Part shown: piece after piece, positions 49,202-62,713 of the stretch
How positions within the stretch are numbered: the stretch's first letter is position 1
How the letters are laid out: the number at the start of each line of letters is the position of its first letter
DNA from: Paecilomyces variotii
Lineage: Eukaryota
Assembly (NCBI GenBank): GCA_004022145.1
Contig: RCNU01000006.1
Direction: 5' to 3' (one strand)
DNA length: 64,000 bases
Notes under the pieces: model-generated
What the model was told of the DNA's origin: nothing
The model's database searches: none
Seen by the model: the letters and a program-made list of their open reading frames with translations, nothing else
Translations under genes and position numbers: made by a program

Positions 49202-50957
49202 GTCTCTCCCGGGCAGTTCACCACCTGCCAACCTTCAGTATGACCAAGTACTTAATGCCATGAAGCAGAACTCGGAGCATTTATCATGCACTCCTCTTCT
49301 GTGGATATCATATAAAGGGAATTTCTGTTCACAACTCATGAAAGCATCACTTCTCATGTGTCGTTCTTATTATCGGGGTTTGGGCAACATATCTCTTGAG
49401 CGTTTGTAATTTCTTTTCTTTTCTAATATTTCTTGCGCTTTTTCTTTTCCATACTGTTTGCCGGAAGGGTGGGGTATATGCTATTTTCCTTTTTGATAAA
49501 TGGAATGCTCCAAGAACGTCGAACTCTCAACTTGGTTTTCATGTACGGGGACTCATCTGTCATATTTTCTTGCAAGCGTGTTTGAAAATCGTTCCTAAAT
49601 CACATGCCGTATCATAACTATCACGTACGCATAATTAGTATCCATGTCCCCCCTCTCTCTCTGTGATTCAAGGACAATAGTTAGATATGTATGTACAAGT
49701 CTATGTGTTAATCTATTTATCAAATAGTCTAATATAATATAATCCTAACTCTTGAAATATAGCATAGCAGTGTAACTAACTCTGAGCTTGATTTGTCGTA
49801 GGCAGATCCTTGATCAAAAGTGTTGGAAGTTACTTAACTCGAGATCTTTGCATCTGTGATCAAAAGGGGCTCCATAACCCAACATTATAATCCTTTGTGC
49901 ATAGAGCAAATCAATCTTACAGACGCAGTGAATGCAGATACATTACTGGAACAGTAGGCGTAACTTGAACTGAAGTAGAGTAGAGTACACGGGAAAATCA
50001 GCCAGTTAGTTGTCCTATGCTGTCTGGCAATAATGTATGGAAGTGCAGTAAATCTGGAGGGGAAGGGGCTCTAGCACCGGCATTAAGTATATTTCTAAAG
50101 CTCCAAGTCATCGCCCGCTCTGCCACTTTGTTACTAACTAGTTCATCGATATGGCCTGGCACTACGGCTTCAGAAAGGAATAACGAAAGAGAATTCGAAC
50201 GCAGGATACCTCTATCACTTATATTGCTTCTCCGTTTTTTTCGTCTCATCTAGGGTCTTGTTTTCCTTCGCGTGTCGCTTTTCGTCACCAGATAAAAGAG
50301 GCGGCAGTAGACTTCACAGCAGAAAAGACTAGAGCCAATTGAATCAAGCACGGGCAGGAAAACTCAACTCTCTTTATACCCTTCAAATCACCTTCAATCT
50401 TTCTCGCTCTCTGGGTACTCGTAAATGTGGGGATATATGGTAAAATATGGCCAGAAAACATAACATCAATGGAGCGGGAACAGATAAAAAAGGCCAATCT
50501 GGAACGCCGAGATGTATAATCGGAGACAGAAAGCAAGCAAGCAAGCAAGAGAGGAATACACGTTTTCGAACAGAACAGACCCGAAACTAGACACGCAGAA
50601 AAGGGATATCAAACATCATTGCCTTGGTATCATACCCTGCGGATTTCAATGTAAACCAACAATCTTCACCTGACCCCACGCAATCAGCACAACTGATCCT
50701 TGTCACACAACCTTGCACACCGTTCTCAGCACAGAGTAGAGGATAAACGTCTCGCATAACAAATCGGGATATAAAACGCCTGATAATCTGCCAGAATTTT
50801 GAGAGGAACCGGCCGGAGCGCCAGTCCCCTCTCCTCATTGCGTCTTACGTCGTATCTCTTTTGCTTGCTTCCCGTGGTATCAAAAATGAGAAATAAAAAC
50901 ACGACCGCTGAAAAAGGATCCTTGGGGTATATTGCTGCAAATTGATATTTTTTCGAT

Positions 50958-53900
50958 TTAACGAGGTGGCCCAATAGGAGCCGGGTATCCAGAAGTAGAA
51001 TTGGAAGTACTAGGACGACCACTATCAAAAGAAGCGCGGGGGTCATGTTTGGGAGTTATGTCCCCCGGCGCGGTACCGAATGGAAATTTGGTATCAAAGC
51101 GGGCAGGCCAGCCATTGCTGCCACTGTGGCTGTGGGAGCTCCCTACATGGTGGATATCTTCTTCGGGGAGGTTAACCCCGGAATCGTTCCATGGGTTGCG
51201 ATAGCCGCTATCGCGAGATTCCATGGAGACGAGAGACGCCTTCGAGGCGTTGCTGGAGGCATGCTTGAAAAAAGACCCAGGAGACCCTGAGTGGTTCTTG
51301 CGGCCGATGAACGAGGAGAAAGAAGAGATACTGCCAGGCTTGCGCAGGCGTTCAAAGATCGAGCCGCGTTCGCTGACATCATCCGCGAAGCTGGGTCGAG
51401 TGGGAGAGTCAGTCATAAGAGGGGCGGGCGCGTGCTGCAACAGCTTGGAGTCAAAGAAGGGCAGTGATTCCTCGAAAGAGTCAGACTTGGGACGGGGAAT
51501 GGCTCCCTTGACCGTTGTGGCGTCCAGTCCGTGCGGCACAAGCCGTGAGATCAGGAAGTCGATGGCATCCTTCAGTCCACCAGCATTGTTCCGAGTGTAT
51601 CCAAGGACCAGGCGATCCTCGGGAACGGATGTCGGAGACACACCCTCCTCGCTGGACGCTGGGAGATCGCCGCTGGTATCGACGGCGACATCCACTTCGT
51701 ACTGACTCTTGAGCTTACCACGAACATCACTGACGAAGTCGGCGGACTTGAAGAATTGGCGGAGCTCAGCAGAACTCTGGAAGGAAAGCTCATGACTCTC
51801 CGGCACCATTCCCAGGAAGGCATCAACCGCCTGGGGAACTTGGTACTCAGGACCAGAGATCGTAACGATGTCACTGGCAAGTTCAGTACTAGGGAAGTCG
51901 ATCTTGCAGTTCCATTTCTTCTCCAGTTCCTCGATCTCAGACATGCGAGCAAGGAGCTCACGATGATAGAGCCGGTTAATGACGACAGTCTCAGACACAT
52001 ACTCGGCATCCTACAAGGTCAGTTAGCATGGTTCCCGGCAAGTATATAGTGCGAATTATCACTTACAACTTTCTCGACCATGTCCATGATCTCCTGTTTC
52101 ACGAGATCCAGACTCTGTGCGTTTCTCGCCGGGGTCCGACAGATGACATTGTCGACTTTGATGTCGTCATCTTCTTTACCGACACCGCCACGATCCATAG
52201 CATTGGAGAACTTGACGAAGACGGAGTACTTCTTCATGATGCGCTGAATGTGCTGACCGCCGATACCGATAATTCGCTTGTGGTACTGGTCAGGCACATG
52301 GAAAGAAATGGACGCTGGCATCTCCTGCTCGACAAGGTCGAGACCATTCTTGGTAGCCTCATACTGGGTACCGCACACGTCGATGTAGAAGTTGTACTCA
52401 TTGAATCCGTCAAAGATGATTTGCACGTTGCCTATTTAGATTGTCAGTCACTGCCAGCGTCGGTCATAAATATTCGTAGGATGACCTACTCTGTCCCATG
52501 ATCTTGTTGATCTTGCCGTTCTTCTTTCCGCTGACAAACTCCTTGTGCTCGTTTGCCAACTCGATCTTGACTCGCATCTGATACGGGCTCCGCTTGACGA
52601 ACGGGATCTGGTGGATTACCATCATAGCCGCCTTGACCGCATCATCGGACCCGTTGATGGTGAAAGTCAGATTGTCGAAGCTGACATCGGCTCCGGAGTT
52701 CGTGCAGATATCGGAAAGCATGATCCGGACATCAGCAGGGGACGGAGCACGCATGCCACCGTGAACGGGGTCGGGCATAATGATCCACCAGGACGCGCTG
52801 TAGAACTGGCCGGCCTGCATAATACGTTAGTATACGGGGTCTCGACGGTCAGCTATGTTTTCGTCTACATACCAAGGCCATGATCTCCCGAACAGTGCGC
52901 TCGACATGCAAGACCTCAGTGCCTTGGATACGGACGAGGCCTCGTTGGCTTCCCAGCTGAGGGAAGAGGACATACGATCCATTCATCTCCATCACTTTGC
53001 GAACCTTGTCGAGGCGGTCAAGCAGGATCTGGTCGATCTTGCTCGAGGAGACCATAACGTCTTTGACGTAGATCTTGACGCCCATGATCAATTCTCGCAG
53101 CTTCTGCTTGGCTCGTGCAATGTTCTCCTGGCTCTCGCCCGTGATGTAGACTTCGTCTTCACTCCTTCGGTTGGCTCCTGGAGGCGTGTAGCCGAAGATG
53201 CGAGGGAATGGCGGCGGGAAGTAGATGGCGGTGTTGGTGGCGGCCTCGATGAGCTTGATATTCTTGCGAGTACGACCACAGACGAGGGTATGCATGGTCA
53301 GCTCGAGCTTCATCGCATCCACGTGACGTTTCAGCTAGATAAAAGTTAGCAACACCGCGTTCGAACCTGTTGTCACTGAACAGCACATACAATCTGGTCA
53401 ATCATGATCAGCAAGCGAGTCTTCGCGTGCTCCGAGCTTTCCATGTCTCCATAGATTGCAACACGGAAACGGTTCTCGAGACCGCTATCCGTCGTGTAAC
53501 CATACGAGGAGACGATTGCGCTGTCCGCATCCAGCAGTTTTGGACTCAACAGGAAGATATCGGCGCCAGTGTAGGCGGCAAGAGTATCCAAGTGTTCCAG
53601 CACGCTCGTCCGGATACCTTTCGTAGAGGCATCCATGATCAGATGCATGTCTACATCAACGGTAGCACATCGCTTTGTTCAATGCATGTCAGTCTCGCAA
53701 GATCTTCCAACTTAGGCCGGAGGGGAACCGTCCACGGAGGCAATCATCGCACATACCAACGAGATCGGGGTCTCATTCAAGATCTTGGCCCTCATCTTAT
53801 ATACCGTATCCCTATCGCCGGTGATGCAGACGTTGGTGACCAGGCCGCACGGCCTTCGCTGCAGCGTCGAAACCGTCTTGGGTTCTGAAGAGGTGACCGT

Positions 53901-54284
53901 GGCCTCGAGGCGGCCTCCACTGCTCTCACTGATCTGTCGACATAGCCTCCGTAATGCATCCACGTTGCTCGCGTGGACAGGCAACTGGTGTATCGGGGTC
54001 CCTTCCGGAGTCCCCTCGGGAAACGTCCAGCGCTGCAACGCACCGGGACTGGCGTGTATCACGTCCTCCACATCTGGACCGGCGAGACTGGAGGAGAAGG
54101 GCACGTTGAAGGAGAGGTTCACGGTCGGGTCGACTCCCGTGGGAGGCGTCATGGGAGGAGCGCCATGCGGTCGTCGTAGTGACTGGGCAGACATGTCTGT
54201 GTGCGGCCTCGACATCCCAAAGGCAGGCGTCATCCGCTCCCAACCATGCCGGGCCTGGCCCGTGAAATTGGAGATTTTGTGCAT
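50958..54284 (-). CDS. Multi-KH-domain RNA-binding protein (Mug60/YLL032C-like)
   Basis: Degenerate and canonical KH GxxG loops (LVCGRTRKNIK, FVSGKKNGKINKIM, IIGIGGQHIQRIM) across ORFs 53712..54284, 53373..53648, 52849..53322, 52464..52820, 52019..52426, 50958..51998, linked by GT-AG introns. Confidence 0.85.
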
Positions 54285-57200
54285 GATGCGCGAGCGGGAA
54301 GATTTTCTCTATTCCCCTTCAGCACAACCAGGGGAAGAGAGACGTTCGGAGGGGGAACGGGGAAGAAAGAGAAAAGAAAAGCAGGAGGAGAAGGAGGGGA
54401 GAGAAGGGCAGCCCTCCGGAGGAAGCGTGGTGAGTTGGAGGATCGAATGGTGATCGGTAACAGCCGTTTTCGACAGGGATGGTTTGGAATGGTCAGGACA
54501 GGTGCAAATGGCGGGCGTCAGTGGTCGAGTCAGTGGCAGGCGTGGCAGGTCGGGTGCGCTAGAAGTGCCAGCGGTGTCTAGGCGCAGGACCGGGAACCGT
54601 CTGGAGGTGAGGGAGAGAATTCGGCCAGCCTCGATGAGGTATCTTTGCTTTGGCTTTGCACGGACAGTAGTTACCAGTGAACAGGCACAGCCCAACGTCG
54701 GGTGGGAAAGGTGAGTCGTCGAAGGGAGCAGATTTTGGTCTGCTCTCTGGACAAGGCGTGGAGACCGTGGCCTGGTCTGTTCTGTTCTGATTTCCGCCGT
54801 CGTGAAACTTCAGCCAGGGAGGGTTCACGGTTTGGCTGGCGCGAGGATCAAGCGTGGCCGTGTCGTCAGTGCAGCGGGAGGGTGGAGGCAGTTGGTCTGT
54901 GTGATCGATTCTGCTCTGGAAGAGTCTGGGAAAGTCTGCTGTTGGACGTCGCGGCTAGGCCTTTTGGCGCAATGATGGAGCCTTTTCCTGGTGGATCGAC
55001 AGGCGAAGGTTGGTAGGATTGGCCTGATAGAGCGAGCGAGCTAAGTTGCTTAGAAGAATGCGGGACGCATTGTCTGTTCTTCGTCCAGCGCAGCAGAGAG
55101 ACGAGAATGATGATCAATGCGATGCACGAACGGGAGGAGCAGCTCAGCCCGTGCTATACCATAGAGGAGCAGACAAAACAGAGACGGGGAAAAACTGATG
55201 AGAGATGGACAATGGGATGGACAATGGGGAGATGAGATGATGGATCCGATGGATAAGTTAGTCTAGATAGTCTCTCTCTTCCTCTCGTTGTTTCTTCTCT
55301 TTTCCTCTCCAGCAAGAGCCGTCATGCGCTAAGCCCGATGCGGCGTAAGAAGCGAGGGTCACGTGGGGCACACATTCTCTCCATCCATCGATCCATCGGA
55401 CGATCTGCTCGTCGGCGTGATTGATTCGCGTACGGAAGCTTCAGAAACGAGTTAGTCGGGCTCTACGGCGACGCTACGCTCCAACTTGCTGGGCTGAGGC
55501 CTCACGAGCCATGACTCTGCTCGTCGGGTCCCGGCCCAGCCGGCTCGCGGCGGGTTGGACGAGACGAGCAGACAACGCTGGTCTGGAATCGCTGCGCCGG
55601 GACGCTGACCCCGATGGGCTGGATGGGAGCAAAAGGCTGGACAGTTGAAGATGTCATTACTGGAATCGCTTATCTCGACCCATCCCTCCTGCAGTGGATG
55701 AAAAAAGCATTTCCCCAGACGATCACGGTATCACATACCACCCGTCTACGCTCCCATGCAGATACACTCATTCTCCCCAACAAGACGAACAGGGTGTAGG
55801 AACGGACCGGAAGGATATTGTGCGGGAAACATATCTCCTATCCACAATGTCTCTGTCCCGACTCCCCACTGCGAGTTTAGTTCAGACCGGCTTGTTCTCT
55901 GGGAATACAGGTTTTGCCCTCAGCCCTGGAAGAATAGAAATCAATCCGATTTGGCGTCCGGGACGGCAGACAGACGAGAACGCTTTCGCCCCTCTGACTG
56001 GCCAACCCGTTATGTCATGACTGTCGAGGACACATTATTGTCTGTACCTTAATCCGGTTCCCCGCCCCGGTATCTCCAGAGTTCGGACACTAGAGAATGA
56101 ACCCCAGAAGAACGGCCGCAGGGACTCGGAAGAGCAGAGCCGTCTGCCTGTTTGGCTTGAGTACGTGGCCTGCCGCTGCTGTCCGTCCCAATCAGAGTAT
56201 TTGTCCGTTCGAATCGCTTCGCTACTCATCCCATATCTTCCAGCCAGATACAGAGACAAGTGGATCCGCCAGGCAGCCTTCCTGGGAACATTATATGGTA
56301 GAGCATGGCGTTGCCTTGGATCGGTGATATTTATTATTGTTATTGTCCGTTCTGTGACTACGATCTCCGTTCATCGTCCGATCGTAGTGGGCCAGAAGTT
56401 GAAACGGACTCCTGCCGTGAGACCGGGATACTTAGTGAGACTGCACAGCCTCCCTAATCTGATCCAAGACCTGTCAGGCTTGAGTAGCGACATTCTTGAT
56501 TCGCTCTAGGTTTGCACCCCCTGCTTACCTGATTGCCTTTAGAGTCTCTCTCTTGCTGTGACCTTGAGTGGACTGTGATAACTGAAGACGTTTCCAAAGT
56601 ATGATAATCATCCGATTAAACTGCCTTCGACACCAGGTTCATTGATTGGTCGTGATGAACCTTGGAAGTTTCAACACCAATAAACATCACGAAGTGTCGA
56701 CGTCATTAGACCCAGACTTTGGACAGGACTCATGAGCTCCCATTCCTCGGGACTAGCCCTCGACGGTGGGTCAGAGCAGCTGCGCTGGAATTAACCTCCG
56801 GATCTCACAATTGCTTGGTACAATGGTTGGGTCTTTGTCGAGCAAGGCAAGACCATACTAGGATGAGCCAGAATCAGATCCCCTGCAGCGCCTCAATTGG
56901 GCAATGAAAAGAACAAAATCTCGCTTTGACGGTCGCCAGGGTAATCGAGACGTAGGCATTGGCAAGTCGACATAGTCGAAGGAACGAGAATGCCGTCGTC
57001 GATTGCATTTCTACCACAGCCAATGCGGATCCACGCGCATTGTTACAGTTCTCAGGCTACTACTGCAAGTGCAGCAAGTGCTCCCAGAAATGGGGGGAAG
57101 TACCTCTATGATGCGAATTCTTCTGCTTACCACAAATGTGAAGGCTTCGAAGATCACGTCGCTCAATTCTTCGATAAATGAACCCTGTTTCTTGAGAAAA

Positions 57201-59780
57201 GAAAGTGCGCAGACGAGCGAGAACTATCATGTACTAATTATCCTTTTCTTTGAGCTGCATCGCCCCTAGAGTACTTCAAGATCCTGTCATGGAATGGGTG
57301 AGGCTTTTCGACTAGAGGACTATTCCACACGCTACCACTTCAAATCTCACATACCTGACCTGACCTTGCTTGATAGCTGGTCACACGGAAAGCTACAAAA
57401 TGTACCACGATCGATCTATACGCGTCTAGAGGGCTCTGATCCACAAGACGCTCATTTTCCTCGATGGGTGACATTACTGTTCGTATTCGAGGCAAAGTTG
57501 TATTCCGGAAATCTAGTGGTCTGTTTCAAGATTTTATCCTACTCGGTCCCTATATCGTTCTAACAGTAGGACGCATGTCTGCTAGTATAGTCGAACAAAA
57601 ATCGTGAGACTAAGACGAAATAAGACCGCTCCCTCACCGCTGCATTACTCCAGGCAAATATCTCGATTGTACATACATAGACGGGTGATGCACCTAGCAT
57701 GTATACAGCGTATCTCCTCCGTGTACCTGATTAACAGAGACAATATAGAAAATAAAGAACATGCAATGGCAATAGTCATTCTCAAAACTTATATCCCGTA
57801 GATTCTGAATCTAGTATTAAACCAGACCAGAAGAGTAAATAATAACGTACAGAGAGAAGACACTAGAGCCGTCTTTGGCGTCAGAGCAAATAATTTCGAG
57901 TGCTTACTATTCACATAGCTGCAGTAGTTTGGGATTAGACGCTGATATCACGAGTAAATTATTCCAATAGTGTAATAATTTCGATATCCAGATAATGGTA
58001 TCGCGAGAATTTACTTTATATCGTCTTCGTATAATAATATAATAGTACGTGTGTAGGAGTTTACGATGTCTATTATAGGGATTTGTATATCTTCGGCGGG
58101 TTTATTTCTCCGATATACATTGCCGATGGCTCGAATTATTGTCTCGGATTTATCACTATAACTCCATTACTTACCTTTTTTTTACTAGTTATTACTCGCG
58201 CACTGTCTGCTTAGGAAATACTAGCCATAGCTAACTATTGTATCAGTTTAGCTGGTATCTTATCTCAGCCAGCGGAATGCAGTATGCTAAACGGAGTATA
58301 ACCCAATATATACAAGAGTAAGGCAACGATAACGAGGAGCTGCACAGTCCATCTGAATAGTGAAATAACACATTGCCCATAACCATATAAACTCCTCAAA
58401 CACAATCGCATCTATCGAACTACAAAGACACGCAAGAGAACGAACCTATCCTGGGCGTAGTATCACAAGTTTCCAGCTCCCCACCAGCCCGATAGAAAAG
58501 AATAGTCCTCGACAAAACTTATTGGCAGGTTATTGAAGTCTCCTCTCCCGGCCAAGAAACTACTGTCAATTAGGAGTTAGGATTAACTGCGCGTTAACCA
58601 ACAGCTAAGTAAGATCTTAGTTGGGAGAAAATGATCTCATCCTTGGCAAAAGGACCTATGATCGGATATATAGATAGTCGGCTAATGAACAAAAGTATAA
58701 CAGACGATTAAGAAGGATATCTTAGGGGTTATAGTTTTTCTATCTGGTATATGTCTAGCAGTTCCTTTTATGATAGCATATAGCTGCATAATGGTTCAAA
58801 TGGTACGCAAAAAGTCCATTTGGTTACTTACTCCCACGTGACCGCAACGCTAGGAATAAGTAACTTGAGCGGAACATATAAATCTCTCAACTTCCTCCGA
58901 TTTCTTCTGAGAAAAAAACATTTTACCCCCCACCTTTTAACTGTTCATGACCCCAAAATGGTGTTATAAACAAACTCCTATCTCCCGAGACTTATCACCG
59001 TGACCAGACAACACGAAAATATGATGCTATTTTCTGCATTATTCGTCGCAAAGGGAATATAAATTTCCACGAGCGCGCGTCATTATGATAGCGATCGAAG
59101 AGAATACTTATATGAATTATGCATCAAACGCGGTAATTAATCGCATAGGCATATCACACTTTTTCATTGTGCATATAGCATATCTCTCTTTTCTATGCAT
59201 CATCACCCTGAATGCTTTGAAAGGCCTTATCTGTCGACATCAGATTGGAGCAGAAAGCGGAACAATCCCATATTCATATCCCTCTCCCCCAAACAGAAAG
59301 ACAACACCTCGCCAATGACGAACAATCATAAGATTCGGAAGAATACTCCATGACAGAGAAAACTCCTGAATTATTGTAGTGGTATTTCCGAGGCGAGAGG
59401 AAATCATACTATACCAGAGCACTACACAATACAGTTATCAGTTTATGTATGTATCATCGAAAGAAATGAGAAGTGGTTTATTTGAGGTAATTGTATTGGT
59501 CCCTGGATTGTGTAATAGTACATGGAACTACGGTAGTGGGCGGATAATTCAGAGATTAGAGTGTTTGGGTTCTTATAGAAGGAGATCCTATATTCAAGCC
59601 AAGGTATGATAGTCGTAACTCGTTTTTGACATAACAGTATTCTGTCCCGCACATATTCATCAATTATGGAGTATGGAAATGCGCCCTGATGTGCTCAAGC
59701 CATTTTCAACAAAGTAAAAGGTACTGTACAAATGATAATCATACATCCCGAGTAAGATAATTAAGTGGCGATGCTTCGCC

Positions 59781-62348
59781 TCAATAGCGCTCGGGACCTC
59801 TATGGTGGATGACATCGCGGGTCCCATCATGAATCATACGGCCCGACTCATCATCGTCGTAGTACCGCTCTTCTCTCATAGGGCGCATGGTAGTGTAGAT
59901 AGGTGCCTGCGCATATTCCCTGGCCTTCCGGGGTTCTTCGTCTACGTAGACGCTGACATCGCGGCCTACCGGACGGACGCTCTGGACGCGCGGTATACCA
60001 TCCCGCGGATCCTCGTAACGAGTCGGTGGTGGCCGCACGCTAGACATTCTTACTATTCTCTCACCGGGTATCTCCCGTTCGTTAAGGTAGGCCGTCCTCC
60101 GCGGAGGGTAGTCAACGACTTGCACACTGCCGCTGCGGAAGACAGGCTCCCTCTCTTCGAGCTGAGGAGCATACGCCCGACGGTCACCTACCACCTCGCG
60201 AGGATAGTCGGCGACCCTGCGATAGGTGGCAGGCGGATGCATCTCCTGAATATATCTCCGATCACCATAGGGATCATCGATAATTGAAGTAGCCCGCACA
60301 CTCGAACGGCGTGCGGGAACTTGCTCGTTATAGGCATCGGCCCTAGCTATTCTGCCTGGATGAGGTGGGGGCGGCATTTCCTTAACTTTAGGCGCAGGTA
60401 AAGTCTCATAGTACTGGTTACCGTATTCGTCTACCACAATCCGCCGCTGGGGAGGCGCTATAATTCGCGGTTCTTCATCAGGGTACACTTCGCGGAATCG
60501 TGGAGAAGGCGGTAGTTCATCGGCCGGAATATAGTGCCTGCCGTAGCCTTGGACAGGCTCATCGTAATACCGGACTCTCTCCTGAAGAGGACGCTCAACA
60601 ACGGCATAAGATGCAGCACGCATCGAACGAGGGTTGGCTGGCTCCACATAGTCGCGAGAGAGCTCGGGTTGGCGGACATGGTGCAAGCTTGCTACTCTTC
60701 GCAGATCTTGGTCATCGCGCATTGGTCTTCTAGAACCCAATCTGGAGACGGTACGCGCGATGCTCGGTTCAATGTGGGCATCTTGCTCGTAAGCGCGTCT
60801 GTACCGGTCGACTTCGTAGACAGGCTCCCTTGCAGACACCTCTCGTCGATCCAGGGTCGGGGTATATCGGGGAGATGCGAGATCAACATAAACTTGCTCC
60901 TGCGGCTGACGAGCTCTGCTATATGCAGGACGTACATCGGCAAAGGGAGGAGGGGATACCGGCTCTTCTTTGATGTATGGCACCGGGGACACATCAGCTG
61001 GTCTTCGTGACGCAGCTGACCGCACCTGTTCTCTTGGTTCCTGCACACGCCTACGTTTACGAGGCATCAATTGCTGAGCACCGCCGTCCGGACTAGTACG
61101 TGCTGAATCGTGGCCTGTTGGAACGCGCTCCAAATGATCCTGACGAGGCGCCCTCGCCTGCTGAATAGGCATCTTAGCCATGGCCAGAGGAGATACCCGC
61201 GATGGTTGTGGAGCTGCGGGCGACATTATATGATTTCTGACGATTCTCACCCCGTTCGTAGGAGATGGCGACTGACGACCATGGTAGCCTCGATTGGACA
61301 CCTGCCGTCTGGCGTATGGCTCCGGCCTGTAATACTCACGGCTGTCGACCCTCTCTACCAGAGGTACATCGGGACCAGGAGGTGAATACTCGGGTTCTTC
61401 GGGAATATCAATCGGTTCTCGAGCGGGATCATACTCGTCGGAGACGGCGCGCAATGGAGCATTATCTGGCTGCCTTTGAGGGGGAAAATGCTTGTCAGCA
61501 ACGGTGTAAGGATTGGCTTGCGGAATCATCTCCACGTCACGAGGGCTAGTAATCTCAAACCGTCGTGATTCATCTGACCGATTGTCTATCTGAGCGTTAG
61601 CAGCCAGCTCTTCCCTGCCGACGCGACGGCTTCGTGGCTCCGATACAGGTGACGGCTGCGACGGCTCGCCATGCTGGGGAGAATCAGGAGCTCTACTAGA
61701 GTAGAAGGAATTGTCGTCATAGGAATCGCTTGGTGCGGTCTGGCCATTAGTCCCATGGACATCAGCTGGTGCAGCAACTGGCTTAACAATCTCAAGAGCT
61801 TTGCTCAATACGTCTGAGACGTCAAAATCGGGCTTTCCCTCTTGGACAGAAGCCTTCTGTCTTGCCTCGACTCTTCTCTGCTCCAGTTGCTCACGTAGAA
61901 CCCTTTCCACCCTCTGTCGCTGCAGCTGCATTTCCGCTCTCACCAGATCATCAGACTTGGTCAGAAAGATAGGATCAATTTCAGAAGCAGGCTTTGGAAC
62001 AATACGTGATGGGGTCGCTGTCGAAGAAGCAGCAGCGGAGCCATTCAACGGTGTCGTGGCCTGTATGTTTGCAGGACGTGAACTGGGTGGAAAGGGGAGC
62101 TCTGCTTTGGACTGAGCTGTTGTTGATGGCTCTACCGCGGTTACCTGTGGCTGCGTAACTGGGGGAGTCTGTGGGTTGCGGGGGTTCACTTTGCGAACAA
62201 ACTGCTGGGGAACCTTTAATCTGGGGTGAGTGCCTGAGAAGATCTCGTCACTTATTCTCAGGATCTTTTCATATTCCTGCACTTCGTTGAGCTGTGGCAA
62301 CGCGTCTGAGGCGCGCACAGAGACAGAAGGACCAGCATGAGCGGCCAT
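59781..62348 (-). CDS. Uncharacterised Arg/Pro-rich, largely disordered protein (855 aa)
   Basis: Long uninterrupted ORF with coding-like composition; ordered-looking N-terminal blocks (EYEKILRISDEIFSGTHPRLKVP; IDPIFLTKSDDLVRAEMQLQRQRVER); basic PRKRRR cluster. Confidence 0.8.
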   Translation of the reverse strand: MAAHAGPSVSVRASDALPQLNEVQEYEKILRISDEIFSGTHPRLKVPQQFVRKVNPRNPQTPPVTQPQVTAVEPSTTAQSKAELPFPPSSRPANIQATTPLNGSAAASSTATPSRIVPKPASEIDPIFLTKSDDLVRAEMQLQRQRVERVLREQLEQRRVEARQKASVQEGKPDFDVSDVLSKALEIVKPVAAPADVHGTNGQTAPSDSYDDNSFYSSRAPDSPQHGEPSQPSPVSEPRSRRVGREELAANAQIDNRSDESRRFEITSPRDVEMIPQANPYTVADKHFPPQRQPDNAPLRAVSDEYDPAREPIDIPEEPEYSPPGPDVPLVERVDSREYYRPEPYARRQVSNRGYHGRQSPSPTNGVRIVRNHIMSPAAPQPSRVSPLAMAKMPIQQARAPRQDHLERVPTGHDSARTSPDGGAQQLMPRKRRRVQEPREQVRSAASRRPADVSPVPYIKEEPVSPPPFADVRPAYSRARQPQEQVYVDLASPRYTPTLDRREVSAREPVYEVDRYRRAYEQDAHIEPSIARTVSRLGSRRPMRDDQDLRRVASLHHVRQPELSRDYVEPANPRSMRAASYAVVERPLQERVRYYDEPVQGYGRHYIPADELPPSPRFREVYPDEEPRIIAPPQRRIVVDEYGNQYYETLPAPKVKEMPPPPHPGRIARADAYNEQVPARRSSVRATSIIDDPYGDRRYIQEMHPPATYRRVADYPREVVGDRRAYAPQLEEREPVFRSGSVQVVDYPPRRTAYLNEREIPGERIVRMSSVRPPPTRYEDPRDGIPRVQSVRPVGRDVSVYVDEEPRKAREYAQAPIYTTMRPMREERYYDDDESGRMIHDGTRDVIHHRGPERY

Positions 62349-62713
62349 TACTGCAGGATCAGATGCAAGTCAGTGCTTAGCCTAGTAATCTTTCAGTGAT
62401 CGATGGCTGTCAATCTGTCATAGTGCGACAGATGAAGTGCAAACCAGAGACTGCTCCTTGTATCCTGATCGGAAGAGAATCGGAAACTTTTGGCGTTGAA
62501 GTGCCAGCAGTTGTTTCGCTTCGTTCCGCTTCGGCGCTAAACTCAGCCGGGCAATGACGCGATCGGCCCAGTTCATGGGGAGCTTTGCACGCCATTATTT
62601 AACTAACGGAGGACGCGGGGTTGGCGATGGATGACTCCAACATACGCTGGCTGTTTCCATGGATATAAATTGTTCAGGCTTTGACCCGGTGCCTTTATCC
62701 TTCGGTTACATTG

